A stretch of 63,410 nt of DNA, the filler included, from Octopus bimaculoides (Eukaryota): assembly GCF_001194135.2 (NCBI RefSeq). It is 4 parts of 3 records of this genome, joined end to end, with 100 filler letters (N's around TTAATTAATTAA, not from the genome) between each part and the next. Parts side by side here need not be neighbours in the genome. Positions count along the whole stretch, not along the records: positions 49,138 to 63,410 come from NC_069000.1; 3 more parts are not named here. One strand, 5' to 3'. Below are positions 63,366 through 63,410 of the stretch, piece after piece. Position 1 is the first letter of the stretch, and every line of letters begins with the position of its first letter. The translations under genes were made by a program, and so were the position numbers. Under the pieces are notes generated by a model. The model saw nothing but the letters and a program-made list of their open reading frames with translations. It made no database searches and was not told the DNA's origin.

Positions 63366-63410
<45 letters not shown>

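Overview
AT-rich, microsatellite-dense eukaryotic draft scaffold with many N gaps. The SINE/LINE repertoire and (CA)n/(TA)n/(AAT)n load suggest a coleoid cephalopod, probably Octopus (inference, not verified). One host gene is recognisable: a minus-strand coding exon (40319 to the gap edge at 41273) of a TLNRD1/MESDC1 (talin rod domain-containing 1) orthologue. It carries a 68-aa Ser/Asn-rich insert and ends at a GT donor whose downstream exon I could not find. Almost everything else is mobile DNA: a near-complete but broken Helitron Rep/PIF1 element (~49.8-55.1 kb), two Penelope-like elements (one with a 5' inversion), RTE, R4/Dong and Tx1 LINE fragments, a maT/DD37D transposase relic, MITEs with intact TSDs (8-bp hAT, 8-bp GG-ended, 9-bp MULE-like) and several tRNA-headed SINE families. 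The most unusual signals are hammerhead-ribozyme-like cores: one is a single substitution from canonical (33116-33159, minus), and one sits in the tail of a tRNA-headed SINE (30411-30456), suggesting a Penelope-mobilised SINE. No CRISPR, rRNA or genuine tRNA gene is supported. All family assignments are by eye; repeat boundaries are approximate unless a TSD is given.
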